Assembly (NCBI GenBank): GCA_965223295.1
Contig: CBDCWC010000002.1
Span: 352,001-416,000 of the forward strand
DNA from: Nitrospirales bacterium
GTDB lineage: Bacteria; Nitrospirota; Nitrospiria; Nitrospirales; UBA8639
Reading direction: 5' to 3'
DNA length: 64,000 nt
Shown here piece after piece: positions 51,877 through 62,500 of this stretch (the first letter of the stretch is position 1; every line of letters begins with the position of its first letter). Under the pieces are notes generated by a model that was not told the DNA's origin, did not search any database, and saw nothing but the letters and a program-made list of their open reading frames with translations. Made by a program: the position numbers and the translations under genes.

Positions 51877-52830
51877 ATGGCTGAAGAAAAATCCGTTATC
51901 GTCAAGACAAAAGAAGGTGTTGTTGAGGCTATTCAAGGTACAGGTGACGTGACAAGCGCACTTCTAAACCTGGTAAGCGGAACCCTTGTAACGGCATTAA
52001 AGGGAACGAAAGCAGTCGGGGGGGAAGCTGCAAGTTTGGTCAAGGATACAATTGTGGGCTCAGTCAGGGGAATTGCTGATGTAGGGCAAGAAGTGAGTTC
52101 TGCAGCAAAAGGCGTCATTGTGGGTGTTGTGACAGGTACAAAAGAAGTCACGGAAAGTACTCTGGATACAATTGGGAAAAGTGTTAGTACGTTAATTCAT
52201 ACAACTTCCGAAGTGGGTGGTGATCTTGCGCAAACAGCCAAAGGGGCGATGGAAGGGGCTATTGTTGTTGCGAAGGATCTAGGAGTCAGTGCCACCGAGG
52301 CAATTACCCAAACCAGTACATCAATTATTTTTGGTGGGAAGCAGGTTGGGGGTGAGTTGGCAAATACGGCCAAAGAAACTATGATTGGCGCGGCCCAAGG
52401 TGCGAAAGAAGTTGGAGTGCAAGCGATAGAAACCGTAAGTCATACGGCGGGAGCAGTCGTGAAGGCCACATCTGAACTTGGCGGGGATGTGGGTTCAACA
52501 GTCAAAGGAAGTATGGTTGGGGCCCTTCATGGAGCCAAAGAGGTTGGTGCAACCGTACTAGATGCCGTGGCAGGGACCGCAAGTTCCATGATTAAATCCA
52601 CGGGCCAAGTTGGAGGAGATCTCGCCATTACTGCAAAAAATGCTGTTGAGGGTGCAATTGAAGGGGCTAAGGAGATAGGTGTCGACACGGCCGAAGCCGC
52701 TTCAGCAGCTGCAAGTAGCGCGCTAAAGGCGGCGGGGGATATCAGTAGTGATGCTGGAAAAGCAGTCCGTGATGCGGTTTCTGGGACAATTGGCGGGGTG
52801 AAAGTTGTGCTCAAAGAGCCGTTCAAATAG
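51877..52830 (+). CDS. Uncharacterised 317-aa amphipathic 22-mer repeat protein (paralog B)
   Basis: RBS GGAGG; same length and gap-free alignment with 36673-37626; conserved C-terminus GVKVVLK.PF. Confidence 0.85.
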   Translation: MAEEKSVIVKTKEGVVEAIQGTGDVTSALLNLVSGTLVTALKGTKAVGGEAASLVKDTIVGSVRGIADVGQEVSSAAKGVIVGVVTGTKEVTESTLDTIGKSVSTLIHTTSEVGGDLAQTAKGAMEGAIVVAKDLGVSATEAITQTSTSIIFGGKQVGGELANTAKETMIGAAQGAKEVGVQAIETVSHTAGAVVKATSELGGDVGSTVKGSMVGALHGAKEVGATVLDAVAGTASSMIKSTGQVGGDLAITAKNAVEGAIEGAKEIGVDTAEAASAAASSALKAAGDISSDAGKAVRDAVSGTIGGVKVVLKEPFK

Positions 52831-53061
52831 AAATACAGGTTCTCGTGTTTACTAAGGAAATAGGAAATTAAAATAACCTTTTTCTATGGTGAAGGTTATT
52901 TGTTGGATAGCGGAGAAATTGTGCAGATAAATTTTGGTAAAGAAGAACGAGGGGAGGCCTATCAATAAAGTATAATACAAGTAAATATTGGAGTTTATGT
53001 GTTCCTTTTCCCTAACCAGTAGAGTCTTAGAAATCTTCTTGTTCCTCATCTGTTTGGTTTG

Positions 53062-54720
53062 ATGCGTTACATATCCCTTATTGGCCAACTTGCCGGAGGA
53101 ATAGGCCTCTTTCTTCTGGCCATGAAATTCATTACCGATGGCTTGAAACTGGCTGCCGGCAATGCCTTGCGAAATCTTCTGGGGCGTTGGACCCAAACAC
53201 CAATCAAGGGGATTGGTGCAGGTTGTCTCTTAACCGCCATAGTTCAATCGTCCAGTGCCGTGACGGTCGCCACGATCGGTTTTGTCAATGCTGGACTGCT
53301 CACGTTGTTCCAAGCCGTGGGGGTTATCTATGGAGCCAACATCGGGACCACTATGACGGCATGGCTAGTGGCAATTTTGGGATTCAACATAAAAGTTGAA
53401 CTCTTTGCCTTACCCATGATCGGGATCGGCGTTCCTCTGTGGTTTCTCGCTTCACATTCTCGAAAAGGAGCTTTTGGACAAGTATTTGCAGGGTTTGGCT
53501 TATTTTTTATAGGGATAGATACGCTGAAAAATGCATTTCAGACCGCTTCATCGTCATTTAATCTGGCGATGGTTACCGAATTCGGAGTGCTAGGTGTCTT
53601 TTTTCTTGTCGGGATTGGATTTCTCCTTACGGTTCTTACCCAGTCATCAAGTGCGGCCATTGCCATGACCTTGACGGCGGCCAGTGGGGGCGTGTTGGCC
53701 ATGCCAAGTGCCGCGGCCATGGTGATCGGCTCGAATCTTGGTACCACGTCGACGGCGTTTTTTGCTGCCATCGGGGCCACGTCAAATGCCAAACGTGTAG
53801 CGGGAGCCCACATTGTGTTTAACGCGGTGACCGGCCTGGTTGCGCTGTGCATTCTTCCGCTTCTCATCTGGGTTACGACTGAAACCGGAAAAATTTTAAA
53901 ACTTGAGGACACACCCATCATGGTGCTGGCCTTATTTCATACCGTGTTCAATGTGTTGGGGGTCCTGATCCTTTGGCCGTTTACAAAGCGATTGGTGGCT
54001 TGGCTTCAGCTGCAGTATCGGACAGAAGAGGAAGACGAGAGTAGACCCAAATATCTTGATGAAACGGTTACGGCAACTCCTGCATTAGCGATGAATGCGT
54101 TATTGATGGAGATTGATCGAATCGGAGTGCTGGCCAGGCACACCGTTGTGACGGTCTTGATGCATGGAAAAGAATATGGCCGACGAATTCAAAGCCGAGA
54201 AGAAGTTATTGCTCAATTGGTTGAAACGGTAGGCCAATTCATTATCAAAACACAGAAGCTTCCTTTAGTTGAAACGGACGCGTCTACTCTTTCTAAGACC
54301 CTCCGTATCATGCACTATTTAGCAGAAGGGACAAACTTGGTCATGGGGGTTGTTGGGCTACAAACAGCAGGGGAGGGGTTGGCAGATAAATCTCTCACAC
54401 CTGCTTTTATCGGGCATACGCGAGCCGTCACGAACTGGCTGGTTAAAATTGACTTGCGATCAAGCCAAATGAGCGTTGAACAAATAGAGGCAGGTTTTGC
54501 TTCATTGGAACAGAGTTACCAAGACCTTAAAGAAGGACTTTTGCGAAGTGGTGCAACTGGAAACATTGGCCCTCGTGACCTTGACCACCTTCTTGATCTA
54601 CTCAGTCTGTTACATCGCGTGCTGGAACGACATCTGAAGGCTTTGAGAATGCTGATTCCCCTTCTCGCAGAGCGAGAGCTTTTCATTCCTCGGAAAGTGA
54701 ATGCGCCAGCTTTGCAGTAA
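53062..54720 (+). CDS. Na/Pi cotransporter family protein
   Basis: GGIGLFLLAM, two QSSS repeats, GANIGTT and GSNLGTT, PKYLD, helical PhoU-like tail. Confidence 0.92.
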   Translation: MRYISLIGQLAGGIGLFLLAMKFITDGLKLAAGNALRNLLGRWTQTPIKGIGAGCLLTAIVQSSSAVTVATIGFVNAGLLTLFQAVGVIYGANIGTTMTAWLVAILGFNIKVELFALPMIGIGVPLWFLASHSRKGAFGQVFAGFGLFFIGIDTLKNAFQTASSSFNLAMVTEFGVLGVFFLVGIGFLLTVLTQSSSAAIAMTLTAASGGVLAMPSAAAMVIGSNLGTTSTAFFAAIGATSNAKRVAGAHIVFNAVTGLVALCILPLLIWVTTETGKILKLEDTPIMVLALFHTVFNVLGVLILWPFTKRLVAWLQLQYRTEEEDESRPKYLDETVTATPALAMNALLMEIDRIGVLARHTVVTVLMHGKEYGRRIQSREEVIAQLVETVGQFIIKTQKLPLVETDASTLSKTLRIMHYLAEGTNLVMGVVGLQTAGEGLADKSLTPAFIGHTRAVTNWLVKIDLRSSQMSVEQIEAGFASLEQSYQDLKEGLLRSGATGNIGPRDLDHLLDLLSLLHRVLERHLKALRMLIPLLAERELFIPRKVNAPALQ

Positions 54721-54789
54721 CGAGGTATATTCGTACTTAGTTTTTGTTGTTGCCAACATTCAGTCTGTGTCGAGGACTAATTCCATTCA

Positions 54790-55060
54790 GGGAATGTTGA
54801 AAAAATCGCTAGTAGCGTTCCCTGCCTTCGCCGTAGTGGTTTCGCGCAGACAGGTCGTCATTGTTCCGTGCTTACGTCGTACCAGTGCGCTCCGTAAGCA
54901 AAAATGGCTGTGGCCTTCCCTTCGACAAGCTTAGGGATGGCTCCTTCGAGAAGTCTTAGGACAGGACTGGATAAACTTTTTTAACCATTCTCGTTGAATT
55001 GAAGTCGCCATGGCTCTGAAGGCCTTTTTATAATTTAAAAGTGAATCCTTTAACTGTTCC
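54790..55060 (+). repeat. MITE-like intergenic repeat, copy 5
   Basis: GGGAATGTTGAAAAAA start; carries both the CCTGCCTTCGCC hairpin and CCCTTCGACAAGCT modules. Confidence 0.8.
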
Positions 55061-55182
55061 ATTCTACGAATATCTGAGGCGCAAGTCTTAGGTGCGAGCA
55101 GAGCGTGTTTCTTTGAGAGGCCAACGGATCTGCGAGTGATGTCGTTGAACGGTCTCCGCTCGTTTCCGTGCCCCGCTCTTTC

Positions 55183-56670
55183 TCATTGTGAACGCAGCTT
55201 TTCTATTTCTGCTGATTTTTTCTGCTTGTTTTCTTCACTTTGACGATAGGCCAAATAATATTTATATATATTGGCTACATAGCGAACCGGTTCTCTTCCG
55301 ACATAACGGAGGGCCACTTGTTCCATGTGGGAAAACCAGGCATGCGGGTTGAGTTGTAATTTTTTTGCACGGTGTTGGAGGGACTTCAATTTGGCGGGTC
55401 CCATGTTATAGGCCGCAAGAGAAAAATTGATTTGCTCCTGCGGTGTATATTGTTTGTGAGAAAAATAACGTTGACGTAAATAAGCTAAATATTTTACTCC
55501 TGCATGGACGTTATTCTCCGGTTGGTGAATATTGTGAATCTTAATCGGAGGGTTGTGTGCCGTTGAAGGTAAAATTTGCATGAGACCCACGGCGCCACGA
55601 GGGCTTTTCTTTGTGTGATCCAGTCGAGATTCTTGGTAGGCCTGTGCAGCCAACAGCTTCCAGTCGAAATGAAAAGCTTTTCCATATTTTTTGAACAGGC
55701 TCGTGTACAGGTCTAATTTTCGCTTCTCCCCTTTACTTAATGGATTGGTTATCCATTCTTCGTTTTTGTAGTACCGTTTAAACAAGATATTTCCCAGCAG
55801 CGTGCCTTTCTTATTCTTCTTTAGAAAAACATTGAGACTTTTTCGCAGCTCAGGATTGTTCGGTCGAATGGCCCAGGCAATTTTCCCGCCCTTATGGATT
55901 TCTAAATCCGGTCGCAGGGTAAGGTTCGGGAGAGAAGAAGTCCAGAGTTCAGCCAGGTGCTTGTCGGCAACCATTTGGTCAATCACGCCGCTGTTTGTGA
56001 GCTCTAAGAGATCTTCGGTCGTGAGATGTGCGCCAATTCTTGGGAATTGAATGGGTTGCAACTTCTTTCGACGAAAGCGTTGGTTGATGGCTTGCAAATG
56101 TGCCTTATAGCTAGTGCCCTTAGCTAAGTAGATTGACTTTCCTTGAAGATCTTGAAGCGAGCCTAATTTTTTGACTTGTTTGTTTGCCACGATGATTTCT
56201 TTCACGTTTGGGACGTAAGGCGTCGTAAACGTGACATGTTTTTGTCGTTCGGGCGTAATGGTCAATCCACTTGCGGCGATATCTCCTTTGCCTTGGGTTA
56301 AACCAGATAACAGTTGGTCAAAGGGAACAGGAATGTAGACAATTTGTGTGTGTAATTGTCCTTTCTTGATTCCTTTATTCAACCACTGAGCATAGGCTTG
56401 GAGAAGATCATACTCAAAGCCATGTGGCTGTCCTTTCACAATAAAAAAATTTGTTTTGCTATAGGTCACTAAGGCTCGAATCACATGGCGGCGTTTCATA
56501 GCCGGAAGGTCGCCAAGAAACACCTCTTGGATGTCGTGGTTTGGGTTGAGAGAGCTCTTGGCAAAGGCATTGGAAGAAGTGGAAAACATGACACACGTTA
56601 TCCAGATAAGTAGCGCGACCTTTAGTCGGTTGGGATATAGAAAGAACTTCGCGAAATTGCTGTGTTTCAT
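55183..56670 (-). CDS. MltF-like lytic transglycosylase (SBP family 3 + SLT domain)
   Basis: Signal peptide, GFEYDL, DIAASGLTITPER, AYQESRL, GAVGLMQI, AAYNMGP. Confidence 0.9.
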   Translation of the reverse strand: MKHSNFAKFFLYPNRLKVALLIWITCVMFSTSSNAFAKSSLNPNHDIQEVFLGDLPAMKRRHVIRALVTYSKTNFFIVKGQPHGFEYDLLQAYAQWLNKGIKKGQLHTQIVYIPVPFDQLLSGLTQGKGDIAASGLTITPERQKHVTFTTPYVPNVKEIIVANKQVKKLGSLQDLQGKSIYLAKGTSYKAHLQAINQRFRRKKLQPIQFPRIGAHLTTEDLLELTNSGVIDQMVADKHLAELWTSSLPNLTLRPDLEIHKGGKIAWAIRPNNPELRKSLNVFLKKNKKGTLLGNILFKRYYKNEEWITNPLSKGEKRKLDLYTSLFKKYGKAFHFDWKLLAAQAYQESRLDHTKKSPRGAVGLMQILPSTAHNPPIKIHNIHQPENNVHAGVKYLAYLRQRYFSHKQYTPQEQINFSLAAYNMGPAKLKSLQHRAKKLQLNPHAWFSHMEQVALRYVGREPVRYVANIYKYYLAYRQSEENKQKKSAEIEKLRSQ

Positions 56671-56833
56671 GTGGTGCTCATTTGGGGTACATGAATGTTG
56701 GTTTCATGTTGTCCGAACTTCTTCATAATAACTAGAGTAAGAACGGAGGTCCATGTTGATGGAGAAAGTGAGTTGATTTGTTTGATGTAGGAGGTAGTCA
56801 GATGAGTTTGCCTTAACACACTCGGGAGAAGCT

Positions 56834-57823
56834 TTAGGCGGATTGCGATTGCGAGGAAGAGGGTGATGAGGTCGAATAGCCAGAAGTTCGGAAAAATGCT
56901 TGGGCGACCATGTTTGAGATTTGATCGAATTGTTCCAAGACTTGTGCGAGGAAAGCAGATAAGCCAGTGGAGTAGACCTCTTCCAAGCTGCCGAATTCCA
57001 GGTCAGCGGCTAATGCCCCGGCTAACCGAATGGACTGGCGCGTTTCGGATCGGCGCGTACTGCCAGCAAGGAGTTCAATGAGTTCACTAGCTTGTGTGGT
57101 GGTAAAACGCACTGAACGGGGAAAGCGGTTATGAAAAAGGAGAAACCGCACTATTTTTTTGGGGACCAATTGTGCGGAATAAAACTTTCGATAGGCTTCA
57201 AAGGCACTGGCTGATTTTAAGGCTGCCAGACATTGATGATATTCCGAAATTCTTCTGGGTTCGGTTGTCGGGTCGCTTAGGACTGGGATATCCAGAAGAC
57301 GGGCTGTTCGGCTACCTCGTTCGATATTCTTTCCCAAACGATAAAAATTCCATCCTTCATCACGCACCATCGTTCCACCCATGACGCCATCGAAAGTGTA
57401 ACAAGTATTCCGTACATGTCGAAGGAGATCGTGGGTATCTGCCCACAGATCGACTTCTGTTTTCCCTTTTAGGCTAAAGTAAAAATCATTCATGAAATGC
57501 CACACTTCGCTAGATAACTGATCTTGAATGCCTCGCGCGTTGTTCCGTGCTGCCGCAATAAGATTGGTGAGGGAGTCCGGATTGTCTCGGCAGAGGGTGA
57601 CAAATTCAATGACTGTTTTGGTCAGAACTTCTTTGTAGAGGGTTTGGTAGGTTTCAAGTTCACCCGTATCCTCCAGATAGCGGGTCCAAATATTGGCTTG
57701 ATCTTCTCCTGTGCCGATTTCGGTCAACAGATGATAATGCACATTCACGAATCGGGCCGTATATTCCGCCCGTTCGATGTAGCGACCAATCCAAAAAAAA
57801 GATTCTGCTGTTCGGCTTAACAT
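56834..57823 (-). CDS. Alpha-E domain protein
   Basis: MLSRTAESFFWIGRYIERAE, LGKNIER, FPRSVRF. Confidence 0.92.
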   Translation of the reverse strand: MLSRTAESFFWIGRYIERAEYTARFVNVHYHLLTEIGTGEDQANIWTRYLEDTGELETYQTLYKEVLTKTVIEFVTLCRDNPDSLTNLIAAARNNARGIQDQLSSEVWHFMNDFYFSLKGKTEVDLWADTHDLLRHVRNTCYTFDGVMGGTMVRDEGWNFYRLGKNIERGSRTARLLDIPVLSDPTTEPRRISEYHQCLAALKSASAFEAYRKFYSAQLVPKKIVRFLLFHNRFPRSVRFTTTQASELIELLAGSTRRSETRQSIRLAGALAADLEFGSLEEVYSTGLSAFLAQVLEQFDQISNMVAQAFFRTSGYSTSSPSSSQSQSA

Positions 57824-57826
57824 GCG

Positions 57827-59284
57827 TTATTCATCACGATAAAGCACCCACGTGTCTTTACTGCCGCCACCCTGGGAGGAGTTCACGACCAACGAACCTT
57901 CCTTGAGTGCGACACGGGTGAGACCGCCGAGAGAAAGAGTAATCTCTCCTCCCCACAGGACGAATGGGCGCAGGTCAATATGTCGTCCCATTAAATTGAG
58001 CGTGTCTTCTCCATCAATGACGCATGGATGGTGAGATAATGTCACGACTGGTTGGGCAATATAACTACGAGGATTGGCCAGAATTTTTTTTCGAAATTCA
58101 TCTTGTTGTGATTTGGTCGAACTAGGACCCATCAGCATCCCGTATCCACCGGATTCTGCGACGGCTTTTACGACTAACTCTCCGAGATGTTCCAGTACAT
58201 ATTGGCGGTCTTCTGGAATTTCACACAAATATGTCGGCACATTCTGGAGTATCGGTTGTTCACTCAAATAATAGGCGATCATTTTGGGGACAAAGGTATA
58301 GACAGCTTTATCGTCAGCGATGCCATTTCCGATCCCATTCGCTAAGGCGACGTTGCCTGCATGATAGGCACGGACAAGGCCGGGGACACCAAGGACAGAA
58401 TCTTTGCGAAAAATTTCTGGGTCGAGAAAGGCATCATCTACACGCCGATAAATGACATCAACTTGTTCGAGTCCCTGTGTGGTTTTCATATAGACCTTGT
58501 CGGATTCTACAACCAGGTCACGGCCTTCTACCATTTGTATGCCCATTTGTAACGATAAAAAGCTATGTTCAAAATAAGCCGAGTTGAACACGCCTGGAGT
58601 CAAGAGCACAACAGTCGGGTTTTCTTTGCTGAGTGGGGCCAAACCTTTCAGGTTTTCAAGTAGCTGGGTAGGGTAGTGATCCACAGGACGGACTTGCATG
58701 TCGGCGAAGAGATTCGGAAACAATTGTTTCATGACTAGACGGTTTTCCAAAACATAAGAAATGCCTGAGGGTGTCCGAAGGTTATCTTCGAGGACGAAAT
58801 ACTGTCCTTCATGGTTGCGTACTAAATCGATGCCCGAGACGTGGATGAATACCTCGTTAGGAGGACAGAATCCTACCAAATCTTTTTGGAACTGATCGGA
58901 GCTTTCAATGAGTTCTCGAGGGACAATCTTATCTTGAAGAATCCGTTGTTCTCCGTACAGGTCGACAAGAAACATGTTTAAGGCGCGAACCCGCTGTTGA
59001 ATACCCTTCTCAATGATTTGCCATTCAGAATTCGGAATGATTCGAGGCAGCAGATCGAATGGAAATATTTTTTCGGTTTGTTGCGGATCCCCATAGACGG
59101 TAAAGGTGATACCCTGTCGCAAGAAAGCTTGATCGGCCTGTTTCCGCTTTAATGCCAAGTCTTTCAAAGGGAAGTTCCCGAGCCGTTGGACGAGACGGCG
59201 ATAATGTGGCCGAGGTACCCCAGAGGATTCAAAGATCTCATCGAATCCGGATTTCATCTGATAGCGTTCAAACAGAGATTTCAC
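57827..59284 (-). CDS. Circularly permuted type 2 ATP-grasp protein
   Basis: GITFTVY, PFDLLPR, VLEDNLRTPSG.SY, YRRVDD, GGLTRVAL....VVNSSQGGGSKDTWV. Start trimmed to GTG 59284. Confidence 0.93.
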   Translation of the reverse strand: MKSLFERYQMKSGFDEIFESSGVPRPHYRRLVQRLGNFPLKDLALKRKQADQAFLRQGITFTVYGDPQQTEKIFPFDLLPRIIPNSEWQIIEKGIQQRVRALNMFLVDLYGEQRILQDKIVPRELIESSDQFQKDLVGFCPPNEVFIHVSGIDLVRNHEGQYFVLEDNLRTPSGISYVLENRLVMKQLFPNLFADMQVRPVDHYPTQLLENLKGLAPLSKENPTVVLLTPGVFNSAYFEHSFLSLQMGIQMVEGRDLVVESDKVYMKTTQGLEQVDVIYRRVDDAFLDPEIFRKDSVLGVPGLVRAYHAGNVALANGIGNGIADDKAVYTFVPKMIAYYLSEQPILQNVPTYLCEIPEDRQYVLEHLGELVVKAVAESGGYGMLMGPSSTKSQQDEFRKKILANPRSYIAQPVVTLSHHPCVIDGEDTLNLMGRHIDLRPFVLWGGEITLSLGGLTRVALKEGSLVVNSSQGGGSKDTWVLYRDE

Positions 59285-59560
59285 AAGTGTATCCCTTGAA
59301 ATCTGGCAACCATAGCCTACTATTCCGTGACGAATGTGTTCAATTAAAAAAGTTAACAATATAACATAGCTGTCCAACAAAATAACAATTTCGAGAAAGA
59401 TCAATCGATGAATCATTACTCATAGCAGTCAATTCCGTACTTTAATCACAAGCCCATTAGCAAAGCTATTGAGAGAATGCTATGATTGCCACGCGTGCTG
59501 TATGACTGCTACGCAATTCTAAATTAGTCTTTCTTCCTATATCAGCTAGAGTAAATATCT

Positions 59561-62500
59561 ATGGCGCTCCACGTCGCACTGAATCATCAGACGCATTATC
59601 GCTACGACCGCCTGGTGCAGATGTCTCCTCATGTCATTCGTTTACGACCGGCCCCCCATAGTCGAACGCCTGTTCTGAGCTATGCTCTCAACATTGAGCC
59701 CAAAGGGTACTTTCTGAATTGGCAACAAGATCCTCACGGTAATTATTTGGCGAGGGTTGTCTTTCCAGAAAAGGTTCAGGAATTTCATGTTGAGGTGGAT
59801 TTAGTGGCCGATATGGTCATCTATAATCCTTTTGATTTTTTTCTTGAGCCGGAAGCTGAAACACTCCCCTTTCAATATGAGCGAATGGTCAAGCAGGACC
59901 TTCTTCCCTATTTAGAAGTGGAGCAGGCTGGGCCTCGCCTACAAGAATGGCTGAGAAACTTTAAAGCTCCCAGCGATGATCCCACGATTCCCTTTTTGAT
60001 GAATCTGAACGGGCAATTGCAACGACAAATCGACTATGTGGTTCGAATGGAACCTGGTGTCCATACTCCCGAAGAAACGTTAGAGTTTGGCCGCGGGTCT
60101 TGCCGCGATACCGGATGGCTCCTTGTTCAGATCTTCCGGCATTTAGGGATTGCCAGCCGTTTTGTTTCAGGGTATTTGATTCAACTGGTCGCTGACGTGA
60201 AATCGCAAGATGGACCTGCGGGAACCGATCGAGACTTTACGGATTTACATGCGTGGGTTGAGGCCTATCTTCCGGGAGCTGGGTGGGTGGGTTTTGATCC
60301 CACCTCCGGATTGCTGGCGGGGGAAGGCCATATTCCTTTGGCCTGTACGCCGCATCCACTTATGGCGGCGCCAATTAACGGTGTCATCGATGAATGTGAA
60401 ACGGAGTTTTCTCATGACATGTCCGTGACGCGGATTGCAGAATCGCCAAGGGTGACGAAACCCTATACTGAAAAACAGTGGCAGGCTATCGATCAATTTG
60501 GTCATCGGCTGAGTGCCGAGTTGTCGGCCAATGATGTTCGAGTCACGATTGGCGGTGAGCCCACCTTTGTCTCGCTTGACTATCCAGACTCTCCGGAATG
60601 GAACACGGAAGCAGTAGGTCCCACCAAACAAGAATTTGCGGCCAAGCTCATCAAACGTCTGCGTGATCGCTTTGCGCCTGGAGCCCTTCTGCACTTTGGG
60701 CAAGGGAAGTGGTACCCCGGCGAGCAATTGCCTCGATGGGCCTTTGGTATCTATTGGCGGGAAAATGGAGCTGCTATATGGGAGCAAGATCACCTGATTC
60801 TTGAGGACTCTCCCACAGAAGAAGTCTCTCATCAAGATGCACAACAATTTATTGAGGGTATTGCTCGACGTGTCGACGTGGGCTGTGAAACGATTTATCC
60901 AGTCTACGAAGATCCCTGGCATCTTATCGGGCAAGAACGCAAGTTGCCCGAACAACTTGATCCGGCTACAAATAATTTGGATGATCCTATGGCGCGAGCC
61001 AGGTTAGCGAAAGCATTTGAGAAAGGGTTGGACACTCCGGCAGGCTACGTGTTGCCGTTGCAACGATGGAATGCTCGTGATGGCCAGTGCCGATGGATGA
61101 GTGAGCCTTGGTCGACCCGCACCAAGCACTTGTTTCTGGTGCCAGGTGATTCTCCGGTTGGATTTCGATTGCCCCTGCCTTCCCTTCCTGTGTTAGCACC
61201 TGGCGAATACCCGTATATTGTTCCCGCTGATCCTTTTGAAGAACGCGGTCCTCTTCCTGATCCCGATCCCAACCGGCAGCCATTTCTTCGAAGGCAGGTG
61301 GGGCAAGAACACCAAGAAGAGCAACCTCAACTGATCCATGGGCAAGTCACAGGGACTGGTACGAAACGGGCCGTCCGCGCAGCGTTGGCTGTTGAAGCTC
61401 GGAACGGGCATCTGTGGGTTTTCATGCCTCCGGTCGAATCGGTCGAAGATTATCTTGATTTAGTTGCCGCCATCCAAGATACAGCCGCCGAACTACACCA
61501 GCCTATTCATATAGAAGGGTACACGCCTCCCTATGATCCCCGCGTCAATGTGTTGAAAATTACTCCAGATCCTGGTGTCTTGGAAGTCAATATCCATCCG
61601 GCCTCCAGTTGGATGGATATGGTGGTGATCACGACAGGTATCTATGAAGAAGCCCGGCTTTGCCGACTGGGAACCGAAAAATTCATGTTAGACGGACGTC
61701 ATGCTGGAACTGGTGGTGGCAATCACATGGTTGTGGGAGGGAAAACTCCTGCTGATAGCCCGTTTTTACGAAGGCCAGATCTTTTGCGGAGCCTCGTGGC
61801 ATTTTGGCAGCGCCATCCTTCTCTTTCATATGTTTTTTCTGGGCTTTTTATTGGTCCAACCAGCCAGGCTCCGCGCATCGACGAAGCCCGGCATGATTCT
61901 CTCTATGAATTAGAACTTGGATTTACGCAAGTTCCACTTCCGAATGGCGATTATTATCCACCGCCTTGGCTCGTGGATCGGATTTTTCGAAATTTGCTCA
62001 TTGATGTGAGCGGCAACACCCATCGCACGGAGATTTGCATCGATAAACTCTATTCCCCGGATGGTCCGACGGGACGCCTTGGTCTGGTAGAATTTCGGGC
62101 GTTTGAAATGCCGCCACATGAACGGATGAGTCTGGTACAGCAAGCGCTTCTTCTCGCGTTGATTGCGCGTTTCTGGAAAACTCCCGATTCGGGTAGGCTG
62201 GTCAGGTGGGGGACGCAACTGCATGATCGATTTATGCTGCCTCATTTTTTGAAACAAGATCTTGATGATGTAATTCAGGATATGAACCAGGCAGGCTACG
62301 AGATTCAACAAGAATGGTTTGCCCCTCATCTGGAATTCCGATTTCCTCTGTATGGTGCTATTCATCATCAGGATTTAGTGATGGAAGTGCGGCAAGCACT
62401 TGAGCCTTGGCATGTGATGGGAGAGGACGGCGCTCCCGGCGGGACAGTTCGCTATGTAGATTCTTCAGTCGAGCGGTTGCAAGTGAAGCTCTCTGGCTTG

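Noticed and set aside
51901-51927. True homology to alpha-synuclein based on KTKEGVV
   Set aside because: Only one short match in a low-complexity Lys/Gly/Val/Thr-rich protein, and paralog A has KAKDGL there. Convergence or chance is more likely.
17867-55060. Dispersed repeats or 18-bp tandem units as a CRISPR array
   Set aside because: No regular repeat-spacer periodicity and no cas genes in the window.
59285-59416. N-terminal extension of the CP-ATP-grasp ORF
   Set aside because: AT-rich promoter region; family similarity begins near GTG 59284, which has an RBS-like sequence.
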